Positions 28,521 to 38,184 of a stretch of DNA of 64,000 nucleotides are shown here, piece after piece. Positions within the stretch are counted from its first letter, which is position 1; every line of letters begins with the position of its first letter. The position numbers were made by a program, and so were the translations under genes. Source of the stretch: a virus; IMG/VR virus record IMGVR_UViG_3300020469_000011, positions 82,511-146,510 of that record; one strand, 5' to 3'. The notes below the pieces were generated by a model. That model had not been told where the DNA came from, ran no database searches, and saw only the letters and a list, made by a program, of their open reading frames with translations.

Positions 28521-29844
28521 AAACAAAAGTTATGTTAATAAAACTCTCCCTTTTCTAAAACAAGAATATTTTGAAGACAAATTAGAAAAGTCTATATATA
28601 GTTATATATCTAAATTTATTACAGAATATAATACTCTTCCTTCAGATGATGTTGTAGAATATTATGCAGGTAAAGATAACACTTTAAGTGATGATGAACT
28701 AAAAGAACTTAGTAGTGTTTGGAATGATATCATTAATCAAGATACAGAAAATATGACGGTAGATTGGTTAGTAGATATTACCGAAGAATGGTGTAAAGAA
28801 AGAGCAATTTTTCTTGCTGTAAGTGAATCTATTAATATTATTACAGATGATAAAAAGAAAGGTGATAAAAATACTATACCAGATATATTAAAAGATGCAT
28901 TGTCTGTTTCCTTTGATACAAATATTGGTCATGACTTTACAGAAGATGCAGAATCTAGATTTGAATATTATCATAAAAAAGAATCTAAACTTCCTTTTGA
29001 TATTGAAATGTTAAACAAAATTACTAAAGGTGGTTTTACTCATGGAACATTAAATTTATTTTTAGGTGGGACTAATTCTGGTAAAACTCTTTTTATGTGC
29101 CATTTAGCTGCATCATATTTGAATCATGGATACAATGTTTTATATATAACACTTGAAATAGCCGAAGAAGAAATTGCTAAACGAATTGATTCTAATTTGA
29201 TGAATATAAAAATGTCTGAAGTTACTACAATGACTAAGGATAGTTTTCTGACAAAAATTGAAAAAATTAGAGCAAAAACAATTGGAAACTTAAAAATAAA
29301 ACAATATCCGCCGGCTTCTGCAAATATTAATCATTTTCGTGCTTTACTAAATGAGTTAAATTTAAAGAAAAATTTTGCTCCAGATATAATTATAGTAGAT
29401 TATTTAGGATTGTGTTCCTCTGCTAGAATACGTTCTTCTGAAAATTCTTTTAATTTTTATAAATCAGTTGCTGAAGAAATGAGAGGTCTTGCTGTAGAGA
29501 AAAAAGTACCTATTGTTAGCAATCATCAATTTAATCGTTCAGGCCAATATAATACAGATGTAGATTTAGAAAACATTTCAGAATCACATGGTATATCTAT
29601 GACTGCTGATTTTATGGCAGCAATTATAGTTACTGAAGAATTTATTGAAGAAAAGAAAGTTATGATAAAACAACTGAAAAGTAGATATAATGATCCGAGT
29701 TATTATAATAAATTCATGATTGGAATGGATAGAGAAAAAATGAAACTCTATAATTTAGAAGATGAGCACGTTATAGAAATGGCATCTATAAAAGAAAAAG
29801 ATGATGTTGTTTCAAAACCAAAAGTAAATATTGATTTTTCGTAA
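28486..29844 (+). CDS. gp41: Replicative DnaB-like helicase gp41
   Basis: SFDTNIGHD; Walker A GGTNSGKT; TLEIAEE.I..RID; DYL; AEEMRGLA; QLKSRYND. Confidence 0.95.
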   Translation: MNTKLILNSLIKNKSYVNKTLPFLKQEYFEDKLEKSIYSYISKFITEYNTLPSDDVVEYYAGKDNTLSDDELKELSSVWNDIINQDTENMTVDWLVDITEEWCKERAIFLAVSESINIITDDKKKGDKNTIPDILKDALSVSFDTNIGHDFTEDAESRFEYYHKKESKLPFDIEMLNKITKGGFTHGTLNLFLGGTNSGKTLFMCHLAASYLNHGYNVLYITLEIAEEEIAKRIDSNLMNIKMSEVTTMTKDSFLTKIEKIRAKTIGNLKIKQYPPASANINHFRALLNELNLKKNFAPDIIIVDYLGLCSSARIRSSENSFNFYKSVAEEMRGLAVEKKVPIVSNHQFNRSGQYNTDVDLENISESHGISMTADFMAAIIVTEEFIEEKKVMIKQLKSRYNDPSYYNKFMIGMDREKMKLYNLEDEHVIEMASIKEKDDVVSKPKVNIDFS

Positions 29845-29852
29845 GGAATATT

Positions 29853-30455
29853 ATGTTAGATCCAAATAATATATTTTTAATAGGAAATCCTGAATTCTAT
29901 TCAGATCCTCAAAAAAATATGTTTCGTTCAGATATATGGGATGACTATGAGTCTATGAATGAAGACTTGATATCTTATTGGAATGAGACTGTAAATAAAG
30001 ATAATATTGTTTATATAGTCTGCGGTAAAGGAGGTATTGGAAATTCTTTTTTTAAAAATAAATTGAATGAAAAATTAAATGGTGAGATAATTTTAATTCA
30101 AAATAAAAATTCATCGATACCTAAATATTATAACCATTTTGTAAGTGAAGCAGAATTCGTACATGTTAAGGCAATTGATTTAAATATTCAATATACTATT
30201 TATTTAACTAATTTTTTAGAACATATAAATAGAGTAGAAGCTAATTTCACAGTAACTTCATGTTTAACTAATAACTTAAAAAAAGTAAATGAAAAATTTA
30301 TATATTATGAAAGTAAAGAAGGTTCACACATATTTGTAAATAATTTGAATAAACCTGTATTTAATTTATCAGCAGATTTATGGGAATTTAAACCAGTACG
30401 CTTATCTACTTTATTAGAAATTTACAAAAGCTATTGCATATTTAACTCAGAATAA
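29853..30455 (+). CDS. Degenerate calcineurin-like phosphoesterase homologue
   Basis: MNE.LI..WNE.V...D.VYI; LNG.IILI; NLSAD.W.FKPV.L scaffold retained, metal ligands lost. Confidence 0.5.
   Translation: MLDPNNIFLIGNPEFYSDPQKNMFRSDIWDDYESMNEDLISYWNETVNKDNIVYIVCGKGGIGNSFFKNKLNEKLNGEIILIQNKNSSIPKYYNHFVSEAEFVHVKAIDLNIQYTIYLTNFLEHINRVEANFTVTSCLTNNLKKVNEKFIYYESKEGSHIFVNNLNKPVFNLSADLWEFKPVRLSTLLEIYKSYCIFNSE
30224..30231 (+). promoter_or_regulatory. T4-type late promoter
   Basis: TATAAATA about 230 nt upstream of the 30458 structural/internal protein genes. Confidence 0.5.
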
Positions 30456-30457
30456 AA

Positions 30458-30982
30458 ATGAAAAAAACATACAATCAATTTGTAGAAAGTATTCTTTTAG
30501 AAAAAAAGAAAAAGAATAAAAAAGAACCAGATAGTGATCTTTTTTTAGATAATGAAGAAGAAGAGGAAGAAGAACCTACTGATGAAGAAGAATCTACTGA
30601 TGAAGAAGAATCTGAAGATACTGAAGAGGATACTCCAGAAGAAGGTGAGGAAGATGAGCCAGAACCAAAAGAGGATGAAAAAGAATACGATCCTGATGAC
30701 GAAGAAAAAGTTAAGACTTCAAAACAAGATACTGAGAAAAAAGCTTTAAAAAACGTATCAACTGACGTAGAAGATAGTGATATGGAAAGTGATGAAATTG
30801 AAGACAAAATTGATGATGAAATAGAGTATTTAGAAACTGATAAAGAAAGAAATGAAAAATTATCTTATAAAGATAAAAAAGAAGAAGAAGAAAAACAGAA
30901 AAAAGAAAAACAAGATAAAGAAGATAATAAAACTAAAATCGTTATCAATCCTAACATCACAGAACATTTAAATAACTGGTAA
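30458..30982 (+). CDS. Highly acidic capsid-targeted protein (prohead core/scaffold-like)
   Basis: Leader MKKTYNQFVE.ILLE; E/D-rich; ends KIVINPNITE. Confidence 0.6.
   Translation: MKKTYNQFVESILLEKKKKNKKEPDSDLFLDNEEEEEEEPTDEEESTDEEESEDTEEDTPEEGEEDEPEPKEDEKEYDPDDEEKVKTSKQDTEKKALKNVSTDVEDSDMESDEIEDKIDDEIEYLETDKERNEKLSYKDKKEEEEKQKKEKQDKEDNKTKIVINPNITEHLNNW
30576..30613 (+). repeat. 18-bp tandem duplication within the CDS
   Basis: CTACTGATGAAGAAGAAT x2, encoding TDEEES x2. Confidence 0.8.
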
Positions 30983-30988
30983 TCTAAA

Positions 30989-32191
30989 ATGGCAGCATCA
31001 AACGATAGAAAGATTTCTCAATTACCTCTACTGACTGAAGTAAAAGATGACTCAACTTTTCTTGTTGTTAGTAACATTAGTACTACTCCTAAGAATGAGA
31101 GAATCAATACTCAGACCTTGTTTAACCAAGTACCTGTTTCCGTGACAGTAGGAAAAGAATTAAGTGGAAAAGATGTTATCTTTAACACTACTCTTTCTGC
31201 AGCTAATAGATTTTATTTTGATAGTTCTAGTGGGGATTTAAATCTTGGAAGAAATTTAACAGTTGCAAACAGCGTTACGGTTACTAATGACTTAACTGTA
31301 AATGGTACTGTTTACTTTGGTGCGATCAATCCTAATTTTGTTAATCTTGATATTACAGGAAATTTTACAAGTAATGGTTCAGCCAATGTAGGAACAACTC
31401 TACTTGTTGCTGGTGAATCCACGTTTTCAGAAAATGTAACAGCAAGCAAGCATCTAACAGTTTCAAATAATTTAACTGTTGCCGGAGCAACAACTCTCAC
31501 AGGAAATTTAACCGGCGAACACATTATTTCAAATACTGCGAATATATCAACATTAACAGTAACAAATAGTATTGCTGGTGCACAGTCAATATCGTCTGTA
31601 AGTTCTTTTGCTGAAAACATTGTTGCAAATAATACTATTACTGCTAACGGCTCTATTACGTCTGTAGGTAATATTACTGGTAATGCAGGCACATTAACTT
31701 CTTTAAACGTTACATCTAATGGTCAAGTAGGAAATAGATTAACAGTTCAAAATCTAACAACTCAAGTAAATGCAGATATTGATGGTCAAGTAACGGCAAA
31801 TAATGTTGTAGCAAATATTAATTTAACATCACCAGCTGCTACAATTACTACGTTGAATACCACTACATTAAATGCAACAGATTTTGAATCTACTAATAAT
31901 ATTAATGCACTAGCTATTACTACTGTAAACTTAGCAGTTGATACGTTTAGTATTAGTACACTAGATGCTACCACTTTAACTTCAAACACTATAAATGCTA
32001 ATAATGTAATTTCCCCAGACATATCAGTCTCTAATTTAAAAATGAGTATTATCACTACTTTACCAGATGCTAATACTATACCAGACGGAACTATGGTTCT
32101 TTATTTTAATGCAGGAAATTATTCATTACAAGTAGCTGCAGGAACACCACCAGCTAGATATTGGAGATCTGTATTCTTAGGAAATCCATAA
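30989..32191 (+). CDS. Virion fibre / beta-helical structural protein
   Basis: N-terminal KISQLP.....D.....VV adaptor; long L-T-V-x-N beta-strand repeats. Confidence 0.7.
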   Translation: MAASNDRKISQLPLLTEVKDDSTFLVVSNISTTPKNERINTQTLFNQVPVSVTVGKELSGKDVIFNTTLSAANRFYFDSSSGDLNLGRNLTVANSVTVTNDLTVNGTVYFGAINPNFVNLDITGNFTSNGSANVGTTLLVAGESTFSENVTASKHLTVSNNLTVAGATTLTGNLTGEHIISNTANISTLTVTNSIAGAQSISSVSSFAENIVANNTITANGSITSVGNITGNAGTLTSLNVTSNGQVGNRLTVQNLTTQVNADIDGQVTANNVVANINLTSPAATITTLNTTTLNATDFESTNNINALAITTVNLAVDTFSISTLDATTLTSNTINANNVISPDISVSNLKMSIITTLPDANTIPDGTMVLYFNAGNYSLQVAAGTPPARYWRSVFLGNP

Positions 32192-32208
32192 TATGATAAA
32201 TCTTTGTT

Positions 32209-32601
32209 ATGGTTGATATATCTGAAGAGAGTTTTTATAATTTTGCTATATCTAATTTAAAATCAAAATATTTAATAGAATCAGAGTTTCGTTCTCTTTT
32301 AAAACATATAATATACATTAAGAGACTATTAAAAAAATATAAAGACAACTCTAAAACAATTAATATTAATCTATTAATAAATCATTTTGTTATTCTATAT
32401 AATGAGTTTGATCAAAATTCGTTAACAGCGATATTATTTTATCAAATAAACGAGTTATATTATCCACAATTAAAAACTATTTTGTTATTGTTAAACAATA
32501 TTAATTACGATGATGTGTTAATACTTAATAATGTTAAAATAGAAATAAGCAATATTCTTATAGATAAAGAATTAGAAAATATATTAAAAAGAATAATTTA
32601 A
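32209..32601 (+). CDS. Conserved T4-like hypothetical protein upstream of primase
   Basis: EF...LK.I.YIKRLL.KY; L.INH.VILYN.F; Y..LKT.L. Confidence 0.7.
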   Translation: MVDISEESFYNFAISNLKSKYLIESEFRSLLKHIIYIKRLLKKYKDNSKTININLLINHFVILYNEFDQNSLTAILFYQINELYYPQLKTILLLLNNINYDDVLILNNVKIEISNILIDKELENILKRII

Positions 32602-33758
32602 TGTCTTATCATAAAAAACACAACTTTCAAAATCAGCTTTCTTTATTTCTTAATATAGATGAAGAAAATGGTGGTAATGGTGGCGGCGGTAATGGTGGTG
32701 GAAACGGTAACGGTGGAAATGGTGGTCCAATGACTTCAGCTACAACGGGATTGCCAACTTCTGGAGAAGATACTTTTAGAAGAAATTCTTATTTAGAAGG
32801 GGGAGTGTCTGGTTATTATTATGACCCAAATAAAAAAAGAAAAAAGAAACGAAAAAAATTAAAAAAATCTTTCTTAGATTATATGATAGGAGATGGATCT
32901 TCTTATGTTAAAGAAGATAAAGAATCTCCCATTGATTTTGCAATGTCTATAAATGAGGAAGATTTATCCGAACTGTTTGGTGAATCTGTATATGAATTTG
33001 GAGAAAATACCTACACCGTAAAATACTATAGAAAAGGTGAAAATTATAGTTATGGTAAAATGTTCTTTGTAGGTAATAACAAATTTGCAATGAGATTTAA
33101 CAAAGAGCCAAAATCAAAGAACGAAATTGATAGTATATCTTTTTGGAATAAATGGTCAACAGAAATAGTAAACGAGGATTTAAATTTCAGTATAACACCA
33201 GATGCAGACGTTATAACAGATGATCTAAGTTTAGAAAAATGTTATGAGATAGCAAAGCAAATATTTAAAAATAGAAAACCGAGATTTGTAAAGATTGACA
33301 ATATTAAGATAGAAAAAGGGGGAAAGCCAGCTAACAAAGAATTTCAAGAAGAGTTGGGGGAAGATGGAAAAAAATCTGTGAGTTTCACAGAATTACTTGA
33401 CTTTGCCCGCCAAAAGGGGTATACTGTAAAGGAGCCAGGCGATGGTTCTCTTGATATTAATCTAGTTGTACCCATGAAGATTCCTAATAAAGAATTTATA
33501 ATTCCTCATGAATCAGAATATAAAAAGACTATGAATGTAGATAAGTTTGTTGAAAATAACAAGCTTTTATTAACACCAGTCAATATACAAAACTTTGTTA
33601 AAAATGTTCAAGATGCAGAAGAATTATTAGAATTTTTTAGAAGTTTATTTAAAGACAACCTAATAAATAATTTATCTTTTGAAGCAATAGTTTTTGCTTC
33701 TAAAGTCATAAAAAGTAAACATCCTGAATGGCTTAAACTTTTAGTTCCTAGAATGTAA
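32601..33758 (+). CDS. Hypothetical protein, possibly protease-processed head-internal protein
   Basis: 385 aa; GN-rich tract after IDEE; basic tract; several x-x-E sites. Confidence 0.55.
   Translation: MSYHKKHNFQNQLSLFLNIDEENGGNGGGGNGGGNGNGGNGGPMTSATTGLPTSGEDTFRRNSYLEGGVSGYYYDPNKKRKKKRKKLKKSFLDYMIGDGSSYVKEDKESPIDFAMSINEEDLSELFGESVYEFGENTYTVKYYRKGENYSYGKMFFVGNNKFAMRFNKEPKSKNEIDSISFWNKWSTEIVNEDLNFSITPDADVITDDLSLEKCYEIAKQIFKNRKPRFVKIDNIKIEKGGKPANKEFQEELGEDGKKSVSFTELLDFARQKGYTVKEPGDGSLDINLVVPMKIPNKEFIIPHESEYKKTMNVDKFVENNKLLLTPVNIQNFVKNVQDAEELLEFFRSLFKDNLINNLSFEAIVFASKVIKSKHPEWLKLLVPRM
33397..33425 (+). promoter_or_regulatory. Internal sigma70-type promoter for the NUDIX-primase region
   Basis: TTGACT-17nt-TATACT. 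Confidence 0.55.
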
Positions 33759-33760
33759 TT

Positions 33761-34201
33761 ATGAAAAAAGTTAGTTCTGGTATCGTGATAACAAATGGAA
33801 AAATAGTTCTTGGTTGTAAATCTTATAAATGGGATTTACCTAAAGGAGAAATAGAAAAAGATGAAAAGCCAATAGATGCTGCAGTTCGAGAGGCTAAAGA
33901 AGAAACAGGATTACAGATAGATAAAAATGATTTAACTGAATTGGGATTTTTTGATTATACAAAACACAAAGATTTATGGTTATATTTACATGTACCTAAG
34001 AAATTACCAGATACTTCAAAAATGAAATGCACAACATATTTTGAAGATAGAAATGGAAATGAAATTTTAGAGGTATCTGACTATAAGTATATTAATTTTA
34101 AATATCTGGAAAGATTTTTTTATCGTTCAATTTGTAAAGTATTAAGAATAATTGAACAATCTTCTACTTTTTCGGACTACTTTAAAGGAGGTCTAAAATG
34201 A
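33761..34201 (+). CDS. NUDIX hydrolase (T4 NudE-like)
   Basis: WDLPKGEIEKDEKPIDAAVREAKEETGL Nudix box. Confidence 0.92.
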   Translation: MKKVSSGIVITNGKIVLGCKSYKWDLPKGEIEKDEKPIDAAVREAKEETGLQIDKNDLTELGFFDYTKHKDLWLYLHVPKKLPDTSKMKCTTYFEDRNGNEILEVSDYKYINFKYLERFFYRSICKVLRIIEQSSTFSDYFKGGLK

Positions 34202-34560
34202 GTCATTTATCAGCGTTACTGAATACAATGGAATCAATTGAAATTGATAGAGAACTAGGTCTACAAATTTTTGAAAATTATGTAACGGAGTATGTGCAAT
34301 TAATACATGAAGAAAAAGATGCAATCTCAGAAAAGGATTTTGAAGTTATGAAAGAAGTCGCAGTTTCTCTTGGGTTAGATCCTAAAGATTTTGAAAGTGC
34401 GATGAATACAATGGCAGAAGATGATGAATATGATAAATACGATGCACAAGTAGATAATGTTGTTGATAACGATGACTTGCCTCCAGGCGTAACAGAATTT
34501 ACTAGTTATTTAAATCGTTGGGTTTCCCCTAATCCTTTAGATACACGTACTCTATATTAA
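34198..34560 (+). CDS. Hypothetical acidic protein
   Basis: 120 aa; SD GGAGG; ATGA overlap with the upstream gene. Confidence 0.65.
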   Translation: MSHLSALLNTMESIEIDRELGLQIFENYVTEYVQLIHEEKDAISEKDFEVMKEVAVSLGLDPKDFESAMNTMAEDDEYDKYDAQVDNVVDNDDLPPGVTEFTSYLNRWVSPNPLDTRTLY

Positions 34561-34563
34561 AAT

Positions 34564-34938
34564 ATGAAAGTTCATTCATTTTTAAAAGTAAAAAAAGATA
34601 TACAGAAATTTTTAAACTATGAAATGGTTAAAATAGAAGACAAAAAACCTAATCGTATTTTGCCTGTATTTCAACGTATTAATGATGATGTTCCCTATTT
34701 AACAGAATCTAAACTTGAAGATGCCTATTTAAATAAGGAAATTTCAAAAAAAACTAAAAAACTTCTTGAGTGGCTTTCTATAAAAGAAAATTTAGAAGTC
34801 GCTGAGAATATTTACAATAATAATAAAAATAAATTTGAAGAAGTTACCTTCCTTTTGGAAAGTGAAAAAATAAATTTTACAACATTAGTTAGGAAGTTAA
34901 TACATAAACATGAACAAGCGATCTCTTGTAGAGAATAA
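34564..34938 (+). CDS. Hypothetical protein
   Basis: 124 aa ORF in the operon. Confidence 0.6.
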   Translation: MKVHSFLKVKKDIQKFLNYEMVKIEDKKPNRILPVFQRINDDVPYLTESKLEDAYLNKEISKKTKKLLEWLSIKENLEVAENIYNNNKNKFEEVTFLLESEKINFTTLVRKLIHKHEQAISCRE

Positions 34939-35932
34939 ATCTCTTCAAAAAGAATTCCTTCATCGTCTTTCATCCACTCTAAGAAATTTTAAATGGAAAA
35001 CAAACGGAGCTAATTTTTCTTGCCCCATTTGTGGGGATAGCAAGAAAAATGAAACTAAGGCAAGAGGTTATATTTTTGAAAAAGAAAATCTATATCAATA
35101 CTTTTGCCATAATTGTGGTTTTAGTTCAAACTTTTCTTTCTTTCTGAAGAGTGTAAATTCTTTACTTCATACAGAATATCTAAAAGAACTTTTTCTAGAT
35201 AAAAAAAGAACAGATGCTATAATGAGTTCTGTCAGACCAAAACTTCTACCAAATAGAATTTCGCTTACTTATGTAAAAGCACCTACTATTGATTCTTTAG
35301 ATGAGGGACATGTAGCAAAAGAATATGTTAAACGTAGAAAAATTCCAAATAAATATCTAAAGGAATTATTTTATGTATCAACTTTTGGAAATTGGGTTAG
35401 AAAGCATTATGATCCAAATTATTCTGGTGGTAATGATGAAAGAATAATTATTCCTTTTTACAATGGAAAAAAACAACTAGTAGCTTTTCAAGGTAGAGCA
35501 CTATCTGGAAATACAAAACTCAGATATATAACTATAAAATTAAGTGAGAAAGCTCCAAAAATATATAATTTTGATAATGTAGATGTAAAGAAAAAGATAT
35601 ATATTGTTGAGGGTCCGATTGATGCAATGTTCTTACCTAATGCGATAGCTGTTGCTGGTTCAGATGTTACAAAAACTTTAGATAAATTAAATTTTGATTT
35701 TGTATTTGTTGCTGATAGAGAACCCAGAAATCCAGAAATAATTAAAAAGATTGCAAATATGATAGACCGAAAGTATAAAGTATCTTTATTGCCAGAGTCT
35801 ATGCCCGGTAAAGATATTAATGAATATATACTAAATGATTACACAACTAATCAAATAGTTCAGATGATTGATCGTTTTACTTTTGAAGGACTTCAAGCAA
35901 CTTTTCAACTCAAAATGTGGCAAAAAATCTAA
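34910..35932 (+). CDS. gp61: DNA primase gp61
   Basis: Zn ribbon CPICGDS..N..KARG...CHNCG; QGRAL; YITIK; TOPRIM VEGPIDAMF; D.EPRN.EI; KDINE. Confidence 0.95.
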   Translation: MNKRSLVENKSLQKEFLHRLSSTLRNFKWKTNGANFSCPICGDSKKNETKARGYIFEKENLYQYFCHNCGFSSNFSFFLKSVNSLLHTEYLKELFLDKKRTDAIMSSVRPKLLPNRISLTYVKAPTIDSLDEGHVAKEYVKRRKIPNKYLKELFYVSTFGNWVRKHYDPNYSGGNDERIIIPFYNGKKQLVAFQGRALSGNTKLRYITIKLSEKAPKIYNFDNVDVKKKIYIVEGPIDAMFLPNAIAVAGSDVTKTLDKLNFDFVFVADREPRNPEIIKKIANMIDRKYKVSLLPESMPGKDINEYILNDYTTNQIVQMIDRFTFEGLQATFQLKMWQKI

Positions 35933-35952
35933 AAGTTAAAAAATCAAAATCT

Positions 35953-35960
35953 TATAAATA
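35953..35960 (+). promoter_or_regulatory. T4-type late promoter
   Basis: TATAAATA 36 nt upstream of the 35997 ORF. Confidence 0.6.
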
Positions 35961-35996
35961 TATTCACTATACTATAAATTTTAAAAGAGTTCAAAT

Positions 35997-36215
35997 ATGG
36001 CTACACCAACATTAGATGCACTAAGAAGTGACGTAGGAGATCCTACTAAATATGAGATTATCACATCAACAGGTCATGCCTATCTTGTACAAAATCATAA
36101 TGTTATCGCTACAGGTACAAGTCCTAATAGTGTAATAATTTGTACTGATTCTACAAAAGCAACTAAAATAGTTAGTTTAGTTGATGCTAGTATAGTGGCT
36201 TTGTTGAAAAAATAA
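35997..36215 (+). CDS. Small hypothetical late protein
   Basis: 72 aa ORF with its own late promoter. Confidence 0.6.
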   Translation: MATPTLDALRSDVGDPTKYEIITSTGHAYLVQNHNVIATGTSPNSVIICTDSTKATKIVSLVDASIVALLKK

Positions 36216-36322
36216 ATCTTTTTTAATCTAAACAATTTAACAAAGGAAGAAAGTGTAGAAATATACTTAATGGATTCGTACATTCTTTTTTTAACATATT
36301 AATTATCGAGAGGATATAAAAC

Positions 36323-38125
36323 ATGAGTGCCCGTATACTTTCAATGCCTCAAAGTAACAAAAAGGAATATTATGGTGTAGAAATTAATGAACAGAGAAGT
36401 GATAATTTATCAGATATGGCAAATAAAATGTTAACTCAATTTTATTGCCGTGAAGAAGAAACTCCTCAAGAGGCTTTTGCAAGAACTGCAATTTGTTTTT
36501 CAGCCGGTGATTTAGATTTGGCACAAAGAATATATGATGCTGTATCAAAAGGTTGGTTTATGTTTGCTTCTCCTGTATTATCCAATTCAATTCTACCAGG
36601 TGAAAAAGCAAAAGCAATGCCAATTTCTTGTTTTCTACTTGACATTCAAGACAATTTAGATTCAATTATAGACCATTCTACAGAAATACGGTGGTTATCA
36701 GTAAAAGGAGGTGGAATCGGAGCTAACTGGTCCAAAGTTCGGTCCGTCTCAAATAAAGCACCAGGACCAATGCCGTTCCTTCATACGATTGATGCTGATA
36801 TGATAGCATATCGTCAAGGAAAAACACGTAAAGGTTCTCTCTGTGCATTCTTAGATATATCCCATCCAGATATCATAGAATTTACAAACATGAGAGTTCC
36901 AACAGGTGATGTAAATCGTAAAAATTTAAACTTACACCACTCTATAAACATCACAGATGAATTCATGAGAGCCGTTGAACGAGATGAAATGTGGGATTTG
37001 ATTGACCCATCAGATAAAACAGTTAGAGATACTATCCGTGCTCGAGAACTTTGGGAAATGATCCTAGAAGTTCGTTATCGTACAGGTGAACCAAATATAC
37101 ATTTTATTACTGAGTCCAATAGACACTTACCTCAACCTTTAAAAGATAAAGGATTAAAAATAAATAGTTCTAATTTATGCCAAGAGATTACTTTGCCAAC
37201 AAATGAAGATAGAACCGCTGTGTGTTGCCTATCTAGTTTAAATCTTGACAAATACGATGAGTGGCATAAGACAACATTAGTAGAAGATATGATTACCATG
37301 CTAGATAATGTACTTCAATTTTTTATTGACAATGCTCCCAACCAATTACAAAAAGCAAAATATTCTGCAAGTAGAGAAAGATCTTTAGGACTAGGTGCTA
37401 TGGGTTTTCATTCTTGGTTACAAAAGAATAATATTGCATGGGAAAGTCCTGAAGCAAAAATTGAAAATGAAGAAATTTTTTCATTCATATCAAAGAAAGC
37501 CGAATCACAAACAAGATTATTAGGATTACAGAAAGGAGAATACTTAGATGGCATCGGCACAGGCCGAAGAAATGCACATCTAACCGCAATTGCTCCAAAT
37601 GCTAATTCTGGAATGTTGCTTGGTGTTTCGCCTTCTATAGAACCATATAATGCCAATACATTTACACAAAGATCTCGCATTGGTTCTTATTTAATTAAGA
37701 ATCCTTACTTAGCAGATATATTGGAAAAATATGGTAAAAATACTGATTCTATTTGGTCCGATATTATGTTGAATAGGGGGTCTGTTCAACATTTAAATTT
37801 TTTATCTGAACATGAAAAAAATGTATATAAAACTGCTATGGAATTAGATCAAGAGACAGTTGTGGAACATGCTGCAGATAGACAAAAATATATTGAACAA
37901 GGTCAGAGTGTGAATTTATTTTTTCCTGCTAAAATGGATAAAGCTAATTTATCCAGAGTTCACTACATTGCATGGAAGAAAAAACTTAAAACTTTATATT
38001 ACTTGAGAACGGAAGCTGAACATCGTGTAGAAAATGTATCTTCACAGGTTGAGAGGGTTGCACTTGAAGACTATGTAGAAGATAAACCCAAGCAAGAGGA
38101 TGACTGTTTAAACTGTCAAGGATAG
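36323..38125 (+). CDS. nrdA: Ribonucleotide reductase class Ia alpha subunit
   Basis: PISCF, SNLCQEI, AVCCLSS, AIAPNA, TLYYLR, C-terminal CLNCQG. Confidence 0.96.
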   Translation: MSARILSMPQSNKKEYYGVEINEQRSDNLSDMANKMLTQFYCREEETPQEAFARTAICFSAGDLDLAQRIYDAVSKGWFMFASPVLSNSILPGEKAKAMPISCFLLDIQDNLDSIIDHSTEIRWLSVKGGGIGANWSKVRSVSNKAPGPMPFLHTIDADMIAYRQGKTRKGSLCAFLDISHPDIIEFTNMRVPTGDVNRKNLNLHHSINITDEFMRAVERDEMWDLIDPSDKTVRDTIRARELWEMILEVRYRTGEPNIHFITESNRHLPQPLKDKGLKINSSNLCQEITLPTNEDRTAVCCLSSLNLDKYDEWHKTTLVEDMITMLDNVLQFFIDNAPNQLQKAKYSASRERSLGLGAMGFHSWLQKNNIAWESPEAKIENEEIFSFISKKAESQTRLLGLQKGEYLDGIGTGRRNAHLTAIAPNANSGMLLGVSPSIEPYNANTFTQRSRIGSYLIKNPYLADILEKYGKNTDSIWSDIMLNRGSVQHLNFLSEHEKNVYKTAMELDQETVVEHAADRQKYIEQGQSVNLFFPAKMDKANLSRVHYIAWKKKLKTLYYLRTEAEHRVENVSSQVERVALEDYVEDKPKQEDDCLNCQG

Positions 38126-38184
38126 CTCAGTGAAGTCTCAGAATCATCACCACAAACTTTTTTTATTACACACTAGGGTAAATA

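Noticed and set aside
30989-32191. Many N-x-T sequons in the fibre protein
   Set aside because: Explained by N-L/V-T-V beta-helix repeats; there is no signal peptide for periplasmic glycosylation.
32670-32726. GGT/AAT-rich repeat
   Set aside because: Low-complexity Gly-Asn linker coding sequence, not a separate DNA element.
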